From assembly GCF_009914755.1 (NCBI RefSeq), contig NC_060947.1: a stretch of DNA of 64,000 nucleotides, one strand, 5' to 3'. This document shows, piece by piece, positions 17,689 to 33,305 of the stretch. A program made the position numbers and the translations under genes. The notes below the pieces were generated by a model. That model saw only the letters and a list, made by a program, of their open reading frames with translations, was not told the origin of the DNA and ran no database searches. This DNA comes from the human T2T-CHM13v2.0 reference genome, Homo sapiens. Numbering within the stretch: the stretch's first letter is position 1; each line of letters starts with the position of its first letter.

Positions 17689-18278
17689 GTCTTAACATTT
17701 CCCTGCTCAAAACAATTCAGTGACTCTCCATCATACTTATATTAAAATTTAGGCTCCTTATCATGATTTCCTTGGTTGTATATGATCTGCCCTGACTACC
17801 TCTAGAATCTCATCTTGTGCCATTCTCTCCTCAATCAATTTGGCCCAGCCTCACTGGCCTCCTTTCTATTCCTCCGACATGCCAAGCTTTCTTCTGCCTT
17901 GGGGTCGTTGTATTTGATGTTTCTTTGCCTAGAAAGTTCCTCGCCCTATCTTCATATGGTTGACTCCTTCTTGTCATTCATATCTTAACTCAAATGTTAC
18001 CTCTTCAGAGAGTAACTTTCCCTGACTTACCAATCCACATAGGCACCCACTCATTCTCTACTATATCGTTCTATTTCAAGCTCTGCACAGCACTTAGCAC
18101 TGGCTGACCTTGTTTTTGTTTCTTCGTCCATGTCTATCAACAGACCCACTAGAATCTATGATCCAAGAAAGCAAGAATCTTGTTTATCCTGTTTGCCACT
18201 GTATCCTCAGCACCTATGTGCCTGGTGGATAGCATAGGTTCTCAGTAAAATTTTGCTAAATGAAGGAGTCATCATCAC

Positions 18279-18799
18279 TGTGATGGTTAATACTAACTGT
18301 TAACTTGAGTGGATTGAAGGATGCAAAGTGTTGTTCCTGGGTGTGTCTGTGAGGGTGTTGCCAAAGGAGATTAACATTTGAGTCAGTGGACTAGGAGAGG
18401 CAGACCCACCCTTAATCTGGATGGCCACAATCTAATCAGCTTCCAGCACAGCTACAATAAAAGCAGGCAGAAGAGCGTGGAAGGACTAGACTGGCTGAGT
18501 CTTCCAGCATTCATCTTTCTCCTGTGCTAGATGCTTCCTACTTTGGACTCTCAGACTTACACCAGTAGTTTCCAGAGGCTCTCGGGCCTTCGACCACAGA
18601 CTGAGGGCTGCTGCACTGTCGGCTTCCCTACTTGTGAGGTTTTGGGACTCGGACTGGCTTCCTTGCTCTTCAGCTTGCAGACAGCGTATCGTGGGACTTC
18701 ACCTTGTGATCGTGTGAATCAATACTCCTTAATAAACTCCCTTTCATATAAACATCTATCCTATTAGTCCTGTCCCTCTAGAGAACCCTGACTAATACA
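18279..18799 (+). mobile_element. MLT2A-type ERVL solo LTR
   Basis: TGTGATGGTTAATACT...GGATTGAAGGATGCAAAGT ... CTAGAGAACCCTGACTAATACA; perfect 5-bp TSD ATCAC. Confidence 0.9.
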
Positions 18800-18825
18800 A
18801 TCACCAATACTGCCGGTGTTGTTGT

Positions 18826-19003
18826 CAGTGTCAAGCTTGGCTGCACATAGAATTACCTGAGGAAATTTAATAAATATTAATGCCTTACCTGGTCCCAACC
18901 TAAGAGGTTCTCATTAATTGCTATGGGCTGCATCCTGGGCGTCAGGATTCTTTAGAGCTCTCCAGGTAATTCTGATGTGTAGCCAAGGTTGACAACCACT
19001 GGT
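18826..19003. mobile_element. MER5-type hAT MITE
   Basis: CTTGGCTGCACATAGAATTACCTG ... GGTAATTCTGATGTGTAGCCAAGGTTGACAACCACTG inverted ends. Confidence 0.75.
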
Positions 19004-19258
19004 TAAGAATAAATTCTTTCACAGGGGACTCTGATTCCTCATATAAATAGATTCCTGGTAGAGCAATGTTAAGTCCTCTTGACTCTTTTTGAATTACAAC
19101 GAATAATAACTCTAGGCTCAAGCTGGAACCCTTGGTGCATAGATATGCCACCACTCACTAATACTGAAATTATTAATACATTAATATTTTTACCAAATCC
19201 AGGGTCTTGAATATCCATTTCCTGATGACATTAACTGAGATGGGGCACTTTTAAGAAA

Positions 19259-19292
19259 TGTAGTGTGTACTTGTTGTCACTAGAGGGCTGTC
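19259..19292 (+). promoter_or_regulatory. Candidate CTCF site (core plus upstream module)
   Basis: TTGTCACTAGAGGGCTGTC resembles the CTCF core CCAC[CT]AG[AG][GT]GGC. TGTAGT lies 9 nt upstream, resembling the TGCAGT upstream module. Motif match only. Confidence 0.4.
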
Positions 19293-19839
19293 AGGTAAGG
19301 TAAGCAAAAGTGCAAGAAAAGAAAGTTTTCAAATTTGCTGAGAATTCATTCCCCCCCTCCCCCGCCCTCAGTTCCTATCACTTTGATGAGTATAAATCTA
19401 AATTTCCCATATCCAGCTCCGTCCACCACTTATATCTATAGTGCTGTATATTCAAGTGCATCCTAGTGATGTCTTCCTGATTGTCCATCACTTGCATTTA
19501 ACCAAACACAAAAATCAAACACAAGCGTTCCAAAACTGACTTCCCTTTCTGAGTTCTATTTCAGTCCATGATGTTTTTATTCTTCCAGTCACTTAAACGA
19601 CAAACTCCACATTCCCGTGCCTCTTTTTCCCATGTGCTTCCTCCCTTCATGCTTCAAGCTGATTTTACTTCCCAAGTATTTCTCACATCCATTTCTCCCC
19701 CTTTATCCCTATTGCCATGGCCTAAGTCCAGACCCCCAGCACTTTTCACCTGGATTATTGTAATAACCTCCTGAGTCTGTCTGACCCAGTTTGGGGTCAT
19801 CTACTCCTTCCTTAATACTGCCACCAGAGTGAGCTTTTA

Positions 19840-20196
<357 letters not shown>

Positions 20197-20520
20197 TTAA
20201 TTTAATTTAATTTAAAATTTGATCATAATTATGGCAGTTCACTGCTTAAAACCCTTCACTGGCTCCATAAAAAATATAAAAAGGGTCTTTTAAGATCTGG
20301 CTCCTGCTTACTTCTCCAAACACATCTTTCACAGCTGCTTCTCTTGCATGCTAAGATCTGACACTTCTGAACTTCCAGTTCCTCCATCTATGCATTAGCA
20401 AGTGCTATTTCCTCTGCTTATAATGCCCTTCCTCCTCTTTTTAGTCTGGTGAGCTACTCAGCATTCAAGATTCAGCTAAGAGGTTTCCTTCTCTTTCCAG
20501 GCAAAAATAGTCACTTTGAA

Positions 20521-20961
<441 letters not shown>

Positions 20962-22143
20962 TCAGGATTTTTAAAACCCTCTGGGTGATTCTGATGTGCA
21001 TCCCAAGTTGAGAACCACAGTCACCATATATCTTTAACACTATACTGCATTTCAGCTAGTTTTTAGCATATCTGTCCTCCCTTCTAGACTATAAGATGTT
21101 TGAGGGAAGAAACCATGTCATTCAATTTTGCAATCCCAGTTCCTGTTGAGAATACATGAATGAGTGCATAAATTCTACCAGTAATATAAAAGCACAAATT
21201 TCCACTAATATTCTTGTTGTATCATAAACATATATGATTCACTTTTGTAAAATATAATGTAGCATTACCTTATAAGAGCATAAGAACTGTCTTGCTGATT
21301 TAGACTAAATATTGTTATCAATAGTGTAAAAGAACATGGTTTTTCTCACTGACGTCAACCTCAACCTACTCAGAAATATACCCATAATAATTCTAACTTC
21401 CTGTAATAATTTATTATAAAACCATTATAAGTGAATTAATAAATCTATTCAGAAGCTATTTATAATTTCAGTTAGTCCTACTTCCTGGGGATAAATTTAC
21501 TATTGGCATGCAGCAACATTCCAGGGCCTGGTAACAGACTCAGAGTGCAATGAAGCCGCCTAAAATTTTCTTTTTTAGATAGAACTCAATCCTGGGACCA
21601 AGGACAATTTATCCCAAGAGCAGTTTCCCTAGATGGCTTCATTACACCATCACATTCTTATCAACAGCTGCTTAGCTAAAAAGTTCTTCGGGACAGTTCA
21701 GCCAGCCCAACTCAAAAAACTTGAAGATATTTCTGGAATTACAAGAGAGATAGTTAGTAGGCCATGGAAATAGAGGACACCTGTTGTTGTCATTTCACAA
21801 CAAAAAAAGACACTAGAAAATTTGAGCCTTTATCCTAGGTAGGAGTGCCTAACCATAGTTTGGAGGTCTTCGACAGTGGGGAAATGTGAAGACCTAACCT
21901 GAGTTGGGTCTAGGACATGTATTCTTCAAACCTGCACCCTGCTTTGGCAGGGGTATCCTGTTAAAGGGCCCTCTCAACTCCTTTCAACTCATTCACTTAG
22001 ACACATATAGTGTATATGTGGGCCAGGACCATTAACTCTTTCCAAAAGAACAGGGACCTGAATATTTTCTAGGGCCATGAGGTGGCAGCAAGAAAGTGCT
22101 TTGTTCACCTGTATTCAGTTCAAGAAAGCCAGGGTTCAAAAGT

Positions 22144-22453
<310 letters not shown>

Positions 22454-23271
22454 TCAACAAACTTTTATGTAGCAACATAGTCTTAAGGTACAGACACAAG
22501 GTAGCTAGATGTTGCCTCAACCATAGTCTGAGGAGGACTCTTTGGGATAAAAATGACAAACATTCTTCCTATTTTCAGTACTTAAGGGGTGAACATCTTT
22601 GTTCCTAAACTGGAAGCTTGATTAGGGTTGCAGATGCAGTGAAATGGACCTGGACACCCTATAGCTGACTCCAACTGGCTCCCTCAGTCTATTCCAGAAC
22701 GCAGCTAAACTGAAAGCCGTGAAAGGAGAATTTGGGGAAGAGCTACTTGTATTTGTAGTGATGGCAAATTATTGCTTAACTTTGCACAGGTGAGACTACT
22801 AACAAAGTCTTTCCATATTCACTGTTAACACTCCCTCTATATAGTCACTAGACCCTGAATTTGAAGTCTTAGTTTTTCGAGTTAATCTTCCCTACTTCTA
22901 ATTTTCAGTTCCAGATTACCATACGGGCTTTTACTTCCTTTTTGGTCTCTCAAGAGGCAAAGTCCTTTGTTATCTGGTCTTCAACAGACACAGTTTTTTG
23001 GCTTCTGATTGAAAGAGCACTAACTTCCTGACTACCTCTCATCACCCACTTGACTAGTTTCCCTCTGGCTGCTCCTAGGATGTCCTGTTTCTCCCTATCT
23101 CCTCCTCCCTGCTTGTGATAGAGGCTCTGCTTCCACACTATTCCTGGTCGCTGTCCACAGGGTTATAACATACTGAATAGTCTGCAACTGTCCCTGGATC
23201 CTGCACTTTGCAGCCACCATCATGTATTCTGTACCCAACTCTCATAAGCTTCTTCCTGACCCTGACACTGA

Positions 23272-23672
<401 letters not shown>

Positions 23673-24062
23673 TAGCATGTTGGGCTGCATGTGCTTACCT
23701 TCTTCCAGTTTATACTTTCCTCCCATTAAAAAATTAACAATACACATCTTCAAAAGCATGCCCACCACCACTAATTGCCACAAGCATTTACAGATACTTA
23801 AGATTCTTATGTTTATATTTTAACACTCCCATTTTCTGAACACACCTCTCCAAATTTCACAGTCACTTGGAGGAAGGAAGGCATTTGTCCAGATGTCTCA
23901 GAGTATTTATGGCTGGAATCTTCAACCTGACAATGAAATGACAAATCTTCACAACACGAAAATGTAATGCAATGCTCCCTCAAACAAACTTTGTTTAAAG
24001 TGTTACCTAAGGACCACCTGCATCACAGTCATTTTGGGGAAGTTTCTTAAAATGCTGATTTT

Positions 24063-24384
<322 letters not shown>

Positions 24385-24616
24385 TCAGAATTCAATAGAT
24401 CTGGAGTGAAGTCCCAGAATCTGTATTCTAACAGGCTCTCCAGTTGAGTGTATAGTTTGAAAACCACTGCAATAAGAGATGCTGCTTATGTAGCTTTGTT
24501 CACTTTAGGCATCAAGATCTTGACTGTGGTCAGCAGGCAATGCACCCATAACAGTGTGTGATGTATGGAAAGTTCTTTAACTTGAGACTTTATGAAGACA
24601 GCAGAGATATCTGTTA

Positions 24617-24934
<318 letters not shown>

Positions 24935-26259
24935 TCAATCTCCAGATCCTCTTTTCTCAGGAACAGACCCTGCCTACATTTTCCTTTCAGATTCTGGGAA
25001 TCATTCCCTATGTCTCCCAAGTTGTCATACCAATGCTGACTGATGTGGGAGAACCAATTCTTGCTTCAGGGTGCTTATTAGGAATCCCATGCACTTGCTC
25101 TAAGTATCAATAATTAATTTATTCCTATATTAACCTTTATTTCCTTCTGATGTGCTCTGCAAGTGGCTGGCTACCTGCTGTACTAGTTAATAGGAATTGG
25201 CAATACTTTCAGGCAATGTCTAACCCAACAGTTCCAAAAGCGGGGGTTGGTTGGAAGGGAAGGGGATATATGAAAATAATCTGAGGAGCTTTTTCAAGTG
25301 ACATGTGCTTTCTGCCCAGGATACATGAGATTTTGGCAAAACCCAAGTTTGTGGATGGGGGATGGGGGTCGAGAATCCCTGGTCTAACCAGCAATCTGCG
25401 TTCTCTAAAGCTGTTGTATTCTCTCATTTTTAAAATCAGCATTCTTCAAGGTGAGAGAATGGGAGGTGCATTTTAAATCCCTTCTGCTTTTTTTTTTTTG
25501 AAAAGCCACTCCTGGTTTGGAGTCTAAGCTGAAAACAAATTCCCCAATTTCCTTCACTACACAGGTCCATAACACAACACTTCCTCAATAAAACCATGAA
25601 CATTCCTCCTCTACCATCCCAACCCTTACTCCTGGGGGAGCATTGGCTTAGGGTATTACTAGTTAATCACTTCTTGCCTTCAACCCCCTCATTTACAGAA
25701 TGACTTTTGGATTTACAATGGGCATCCTCAGAGATTGATGGGGTCGAAAGTCTTTCCCAGGGATGGTATGATACATGGCCTAGACTTCAAGTTTCCTACC
25801 TATGATATATGACAAGGGGAAACTGGTTTCTGTTACTGGCCTCATTAACTTTCATTCCTCATTGAATGGCTGTCCACTAACAAATGTAGACTCAAAGGGA
25901 GAAAACTTAGATTTCAAGCAAAGAAATCAATGACCCCTTTTTAAAATTTATTTATTTATTTAAGACAACTTAATTCATAGGTTCAGACTCCTTTTTAGAC
26001 AAAAGTTATGGATCCTCAATAATAAAGTAGCTCAGTTTCAAATGGATTGAAACTCTATCCTTCCTCGGCAGACTAGATAGCCTCACACTCTCTTGGAAAA
26101 AATGAACTCTCACCTTTTACCCAAACAGTGTTTGATCCACTTTCTGCAGTTATCCAGCCCAGAAAGTAACTGGCCTCTTCAAGGACTTGCTGCCAGTAGA
26201 AGTAGCTATGGCACACTCTCTGATCCAGGACTTCAAGCACCATTATTTTCAAAGACACT

Positions 26260-26673
26260 TGATATAGTTTGGATCTGTGTCCCCGCTCAAATCTCATGTT
26301 GAAATGTTATCCTCAGTGCTGGAAGTGTTGCCTGGTGGGAGGTGATTGGATCACGGGGGTGGTTTCTCATGAATGGTTTAGCACTATCCCCCTAGTGCTA
26401 TTCTCGTGATAGAGTTCTCAAGAGATCTGGTTATTTAAAAGTGTGTAGCACCTCCCCCTTCTCTCGCTCTTCCTCTTGCTCCAGCCATGTGAAGTGCTGG
26501 CTCTCCCTTCGCCTTCCATCATCATCGTAAGTTTCCTGAAGCCTCCCCAGAAGCTGATGGCCAGCATGTTTCCTGCACAGCCCCTGGAATTGTGAGCCAA
26601 TTAAACTTCTTTTCTTTATAAATTACCCAGTCTCAGATATTTCTTTATAGCAGTGTGAGAACGGACTAATACA
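26260..26673 (+). mobile_element. MST-type MaLR solo LTR
   Basis: TGATATAGTTTGGATCTGTGTCCCC ... GAACGGACTAATACA; perfect TSD ACACT. Confidence 0.92.
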
Positions 26674-27051
26674 ACACTATAATAACATATCCACTGCAAC
26701 AACTATGTAATAGCCTAATCAATACAGCCCCAAAAGGAGAACTTTTATACAGTTTACTTTCTGCCTAAAAGACTGCTTCCATGACAACTCCATCAGAACT
26801 GAATCCAACCTATCCAAATCCCCATCTTTCTGTGGAATAGAATTTAACTGAGGTTATACGGCAGAAGAGATAGCCAAAGAAATACCACCCAGTATGGCAC
26901 ATCTTAAAATGATGATACATTATAGATGGTTGATAGATGGATAGACAGATAGAAAATATCCTTTTAAATGCATGACTGATGGTTGAGATGGCGAGAGTAA
27001 GAGCCAGTAAGGATATCTTAGCACTAATGCCGAAGGAAAAGGAAGCTATAA

Positions 27052-27624
<573 letters not shown>

Positions 27625-28756
27625 TAGAGGTATGGGCCTGCCTCGGTTTTAGCTCTGTGAAGTATGGGGGAAAAATGAGGGGAAAAAAAAGAACTCCTTG
27701 AAAGCTTCATAACCCCAAACTTGTACTCAGGTAGGTCTAGGTTCAACTTTCACATTATCTGTATGATCAAGACATCTCACACTGGAAATTAGGCCTAAAA
27801 TCATTCTGGATTGATAGCGTTCCCAAGTTACTAGCAGGGTTAAGTGCAACTCTTCTCTGGAAGAATACACTTTAAACCTAGGCCTCAAAGAATTTCCAAA
27901 GAGAAAGTTCCAATGAATATATGTTCACAAATAAAGATCATAGTACACATTTTAAAAACACAAAAGACAGGTTAAAGCATATGGGGGATATAATAAGAAG
28001 GACCACTGCATATCTAATGTGACTTCTAGAAGAAAATATTAAGCAGAATAGGAGAAAGGCAATATCCAACAGTTAATGGCTGAGAGTTTTCCAAAATTAG
28101 TGAAATATACAAATCTTCAGATTCAGGCCACATTTAATTAGCATCTTCACTCTGTCTACTGAATTAATTAGGCTAATGCCAACCCTTCATTAGCCCACAT
28201 GAGAATCCTGGATTGACCACAGTCAAGGCACCCAGTCATGATGTCAGCCTCTAAAAGAGCAAGGGACAATGAGTTTAGTTGCTTGAATAAGCCTCGTGGG
28301 TTGTTTCAGAATACTAGAACCGAAATTATGTATGGTCAATGTAGACTTTTTTTCAGAATCGGAAGCAGCATCCAATAGGTGAGCTCTGTTAATTCTAACT
28401 CCTAGCTCAGCCATTCTGCAATTTCCAAAAGGAAAAATAGAGATAAAGGTATGCATTTGGTGTGGTATACCAGGAAAAGCATTCACTTTAAGGCTCAGTA
28501 CTCACCTAAGTTCAAATTTTGACCGTGCCACATGCTTTAGATTCCTACCTACACAATGAAAATAAAAATACAGTGGAGAAAGGTTTGAGAATTAAATGAT
28601 TGAGATAACTTGTAAAATACAAGCTAGATCATAAGTACAGACTAAATTATTATTCCCTTTTTACCCTCATCCCTCTTCTTAGGTCATGACTTTCAGACTT
28701 TTGCCCAAGACTGAGGCCAGATCCATGGTTCATTTCTAAACAAGTTGTCTACTGTT

Positions 28757-29060
28757 TTGTTTTGTTTTCTTTTCTTTTGAGATGGAGTCTCACTCTGTTG
28801 CCCAGGCTGGAGTACAGTGGTGCGATCTCAGCTCACTGCAACCACTACCTCCTGAGTTCAAGTGATTCTCCTGCCTCGGCCTCCCGAGTAGCTAGAAGCT
28901 GGAACTAGAGGTGTGTGCCACCATGCCTGGCTAATTTTTGTATTTTTAGTAGAGACAGGGTTTCATCATATTGGCCAGGCTGGTCTCGAACTCAAGTGAT
29001 CTGCCTGCCTCAGCCTCCCAAAGTACTGGGATTACAGGCGTGAGTCACTGCACCTGGCCA
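28757..29060 (-). mobile_element. AluS
   Basis: TSD AACAAGTTGTCTACT. Confidence 0.92.
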
Positions 29061-29689
29061 CAACAAGTTGTCTACTCTTCACAAAATGATCACTTTGGGT
29101 ATAAAACTTTGTCAGAAAATTTGAAAAACTAAAATTATGTCTACTATTTCCCAACTTGAAGAGGTATATGGCAGGTCTAAAGGAACAGATATTCCCGACC
29201 ATACCAGCCAGCCACTGTGACTTAGATGGGCAGTGTGTAAAGGTGGACAGGATAACAGAAGAAGGCAAAAAATCCAGCAGGGCAAGCTAGGTTTCAAGTC
29301 CAGACTTAGTACTGGCCAGGAAACATAGGAAGACTATAGTCAGGGCAGGCTGATATGCTGAAGATTTAGCTTCAAAGGTGAGGAACATAGGCAAAAAACC
29401 ATAAGTGAAAAGTTAGGGATTTTGTTTTTCAGGGACTGGCCAATGACTAATGGGAGCCCCATCCCCAGATGATATGGATCATGTGTCAGATTCCAGGCTT
29501 AGACAATGCAGATGAAAAGCTCAGTCAAGGATCAGGCCATACCACTGCTAACCTGATATGTAGTACCATACCTGGCATATAGTGAGCCCTTAATCTGTTA
29601 TTAATTCTGTTGAAGAAGCAATGAATGATCATGCAACCACAGTGACACCAGATAATGACACTGGAAGGTCACTATTAAGATAAACATTG

Positions 29690-30810
29690 AGGAATGCTAT
29701 TCAACCTTTAAAAAGAAGGAAATACAGTCATTTGTGACAACACAGATGAACCTGGAGTACATTATGCTAAGTTAAATAAGCCAGGCACAGAAAGACAACT
29801 ACTGCATGATATCACTTACATGTGAAATCTAAAAATGTCAAACTCATAGAGACAGAGAGTAGAGTGGTGGTTGCCAGGGCCTAGGGGGAGTAAGGGGCCA
29901 CAGCCAGGAAATGGGAAGATATTGGTCAAAAGATAGAAAGTTTTAGTTAGACAGGAGGAATAAGTTCTGGAGATCTATTGCACAACATGGTGACTATGGT
30001 TAATAATAATATATCATATACTTGAAAATTGCTTGCAGCCATAAAAAATTAATGAGATCATGTCCTTTGCAGGGACATGGATGGAGTTGGAGGCCATTAT
30101 CCTTAGCAAACTAACTCAGGGACAGAGAACCAAATACCACATGTTCTCACTTATAAGTGGGAGCTAAATGATGAGGACACATGAACAGAAAGGAGAACAA
30201 CACACACTGGGGCCTATTGGAGGGAGAAGGTTTGGAGGAGGGAGAGGATCAGGAAAAACAACTAGTGGGTACTAGGCTTAATACCTGGAAGATGAAATAA
30301 TCTGTACAACAAACCCCTATGACACAAGTTTACCTATGTAACAAACCCACACTTGTACCCCTGAGCTTAAAGTTAAAAAAAGAAAAAGCGAAAATAAACA
30401 TGGAAAATGAGACCAATGGCTAATATAAGTTACAGAAAAGAGAACAGAGAAAAATAGGAAGCAGGAGATTAGCAAACAAATAATGGAGAATTTGCCTGAT
30501 TTGAAGGGTGTGAGTTTTCAGTCTGAAAGAGTTCTGCAAGTGTTCGGCATAATAACACGCACGCACACACACACACACACGCACACACACACACGGGAGT
30601 ACATCATTTGAAAGTCTAAGGTATGAAAAAAAGAAAATTGCTAAAAGTAGATTTTAAATGTTCTCACCACAAAATAGTGATACATATGTGAGGTAATGGA
30701 TGTGTTAACTAGCTTGATTTAATCATTTCACAATGTGTGTATATATATTTAAAACATCACATTGTACACCATAAATATATACAATTTTTATTTGTCAATT
30801 ATACCTTAAA
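29690..30810 (+). mobile_element. L1MA/L1MB 3' end hosting a younger L1 insertion
   Basis: Host reads ...CTTGAAAATTGCT | AAAAGTAGATTTTAAATGTTCTCACCAC..., interrupted at 30034-30642. Confidence 0.85.
30034..30632 (+). mobile_element. 5'-truncated L1PA13-16-like element with 3' transduction
   Basis: L1 3'UTR 30034-~30387, then ~240 bp of extra sequence, an A-run, and TSD GAAAATTGCT (30024-30033 / 30633-30642). Confidence 0.8.
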
Positions 30811-31743
30811 ATCTAAAAGTATTTGGAATGAAAAAAATAAAGATTGACATTGGAACTGAGCACAAGTTCTAAAGGCAAGCAGATTCACCCAATGGGAAAG
30901 ACCACAGAAGCAGGGATCAGGCAGTCCCTTACATCACATGCGTAGGAGGATTGCTGGGGTTCTGGGGAACATTTTGTAAATGGGGTTGAATTTGGGGCAC
31001 AGTGTGTCTGTAGTGTATATGATGCTAAACATTTCTTTCATATCTTAAATGCATGTTAGGTTATTTTTTCTGAATTCACTGTTTTTCTGTTAAGAGAAAC
31101 ACACCATAATGTTCACTCCAGTGTTATATTTATTCCCAAGGGCACTCAAGGACTTCAGAAAGCAAACAGTCCATGTTGATGTATTACACGTGCTTTTATC
31201 ATGACCTACCTAGATCTGTGGTTCTTAACCAGGAGAGAGGATAAGGATATTTATCCCTGTAGTAGTTTTCTATTGCTTCATAACAAATTACCACAAGGTT
31301 AGTGGCTTAAAACAATGCCAGTTTATTAGCTCACAGTTCTGTAAGCCAGAAATCTGAGTACAGTGTGACTAGGCTCTCTGCTCAGGGTCTCACAAGGCTG
31401 AAACCAAGATGTCAGCCAGGCTGCATTCACATCTGGATCTTGGGGTCCTCTCCCAAGCTCCTGCTGGCTGTTGGCAGACTTCAGTTCCCTGCAGCCACAG
31501 GACTGAGGCTCCCATTTCTTTGCTGACTATCAGCTGGGGGTTCACTCTCAGCTCTTAGAGGCCACCCATAATCCACACCGCATGGCCCTCGTAGGCAGTT
31601 CACAGCATAGATGTTTGTTTTCATCTAGGCCAACCAGAGTGCATTTTTCTGACTTCCTCTTCCCCATCAGCCAGAAAAAAAATCTCTCTGCTTTTAAAGA
31701 ACTCATGTAATTAGGCCAGATCCACCTATATAATCTACCTAAT

Positions 31744-32228
31744 CTTTTTTTTTTCTTTTTTTGAGACAGAATCTCACTCTGTCACCCAGGCTGGAGTGCG
31801 ATCTGGGCTCACTGCAACCTCCGCCTCCCAGGTTCAAGCGATTCTCCTGCCTCAGCCTCCTGAGTAGCTGGGATTACAGGCATGCGCCAGGACGCCCGGC
31901 TAATTTTTGTTGTTTGTTTGTTTGTTTGTTTTTTATTATTATACTTTAAGTTATAGGGTACATGTGCAGGTTTGTTACATATGTATACATGTGCCATGTT
32001 GGTGTGCTGCACCCATTAACTCGTCATTTACATTAGGTATATCTCCTAATGCTATCCCTCCCCCCTCCCCCTCACCCCACGACAGGCCCCGGGGAGTTTT
32101 TGTATTTGCAGTAGAGACGGGGGTTTCACCATGTTGGTCAGGCTGGTCTCGAACTCCTGACCTCGTGATCCGCCCACCTCAGCCTCCCAAAGTGCTGGAA
32201 TTACAGGCATGAGCCACCATGCCCAGCC
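31744..32228 (-). mobile_element. AluS split in its linker by an L1PA 3' end
   Basis: TSD TAATCTACCTAATCTT. Confidence 0.9.
31910..32095 (-). mobile_element. Young L1PA (PA2-5-like) 3' terminal ~185 bp
   Basis: TTATTATACTTTAAGTT.TAGGGTACATGTGC...CCCATTAACTCGTCATTTACATTAGGTATATCTCCTAATGCTATCCCTCCC; flanked by TTTTTGT. Confidence 0.9.
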
Positions 32229-32679
32229 TAATCTACCTAATCTTAAAGTCAACTGATTTGGAACTTGAATCACATCTGACAAATCTCTTCACAACAGCGT
32301 CTAGATTAGTTTGGGACTGAATAACTGGGAGATGTGTGTATACCAGGGGCTGGGAATCCTGGGGGCCATCCTAGAATACTGCCTACCACAACCCCCCAAT
32401 GTTGAGATGTACCCATTTAGATAAAGCATACCATAAAAAATGAAAAAAAAATCAACCAATTGCTTTTTTACTTGCTGCAATATTATTATTTTAGATATTT
32501 CATTCATTAACATGCTTCATTTGTTGCAGGCTAATAAAACTCCAAACTCTGGAGAGGTAATGAAAAAATAAAATAATAAAATCAAATCAAAGTGTAACCT
32601 GAGGCATGTCACCACTTTCAACATCTCAGTTTTCATATTTGTAAAGCAAAGGTGATAATATGATCTTTCCTACCCTTAA

Positions 32680-32920
32680 AGTGCCTAAGAGTTCAGGCTC
32701 TGAATTCAGAAGGCCTTGGGCTCAAATCCTGACCACTAAAAACTAGCTGTGAAACATAGGGCAAATTACTTAACTCTTCTAAACCTCAATTTCCCTACCT
32801 GTAAAATGGGTATAATAGTAGCATCTTCTTCATATAGTGTATGAAATGAAATAATATATGCAAAGTACTTAATGTGGTGCCTGTTACCTAGTAAGCACTA
32901 ATTTAATGATAGTGATTATA
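32680..32920 (+). mobile_element. MIR
   Basis: GGGCTCAAATCCTGAC..CTAGCTGTG..GGGCAAATTACTTAAC..CTCAATTTCCC.ACCTGTAAAATGGG core. Confidence 0.8.
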
Positions 32921-32988
32921 TTATCATTAAATAATAGATGAAATTGTCTTAGAAAGTATGAATAACTATTGTTATGTAACATATTATT

Positions 32989-33305
<317 letters not shown>

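Larger units (their letters stand above)
16760..18265 (+). mobile_element. L2 3' region interrupted by an Alu and a microsatellite block
   Basis: CATCCAATTTATC..AAGTCCTATGGATTC.ACCTCCAAAAT, CAGCCTCACTGGCCTCCTTTCT, CTCAAATGTTACCTCTTCAGAGAG. Confidence 0.75.
31258..32390 (-). mobile_element. MLT1E-like MaLR solo LTR containing an Alu and an L1
   Basis: TGTAGTAGTTTTCTATTGCT..AACAAATTACCACAA ... CTAGAATACTGCCTACCACA; TSD ATCCC / ACCCC. Confidence 0.8.
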
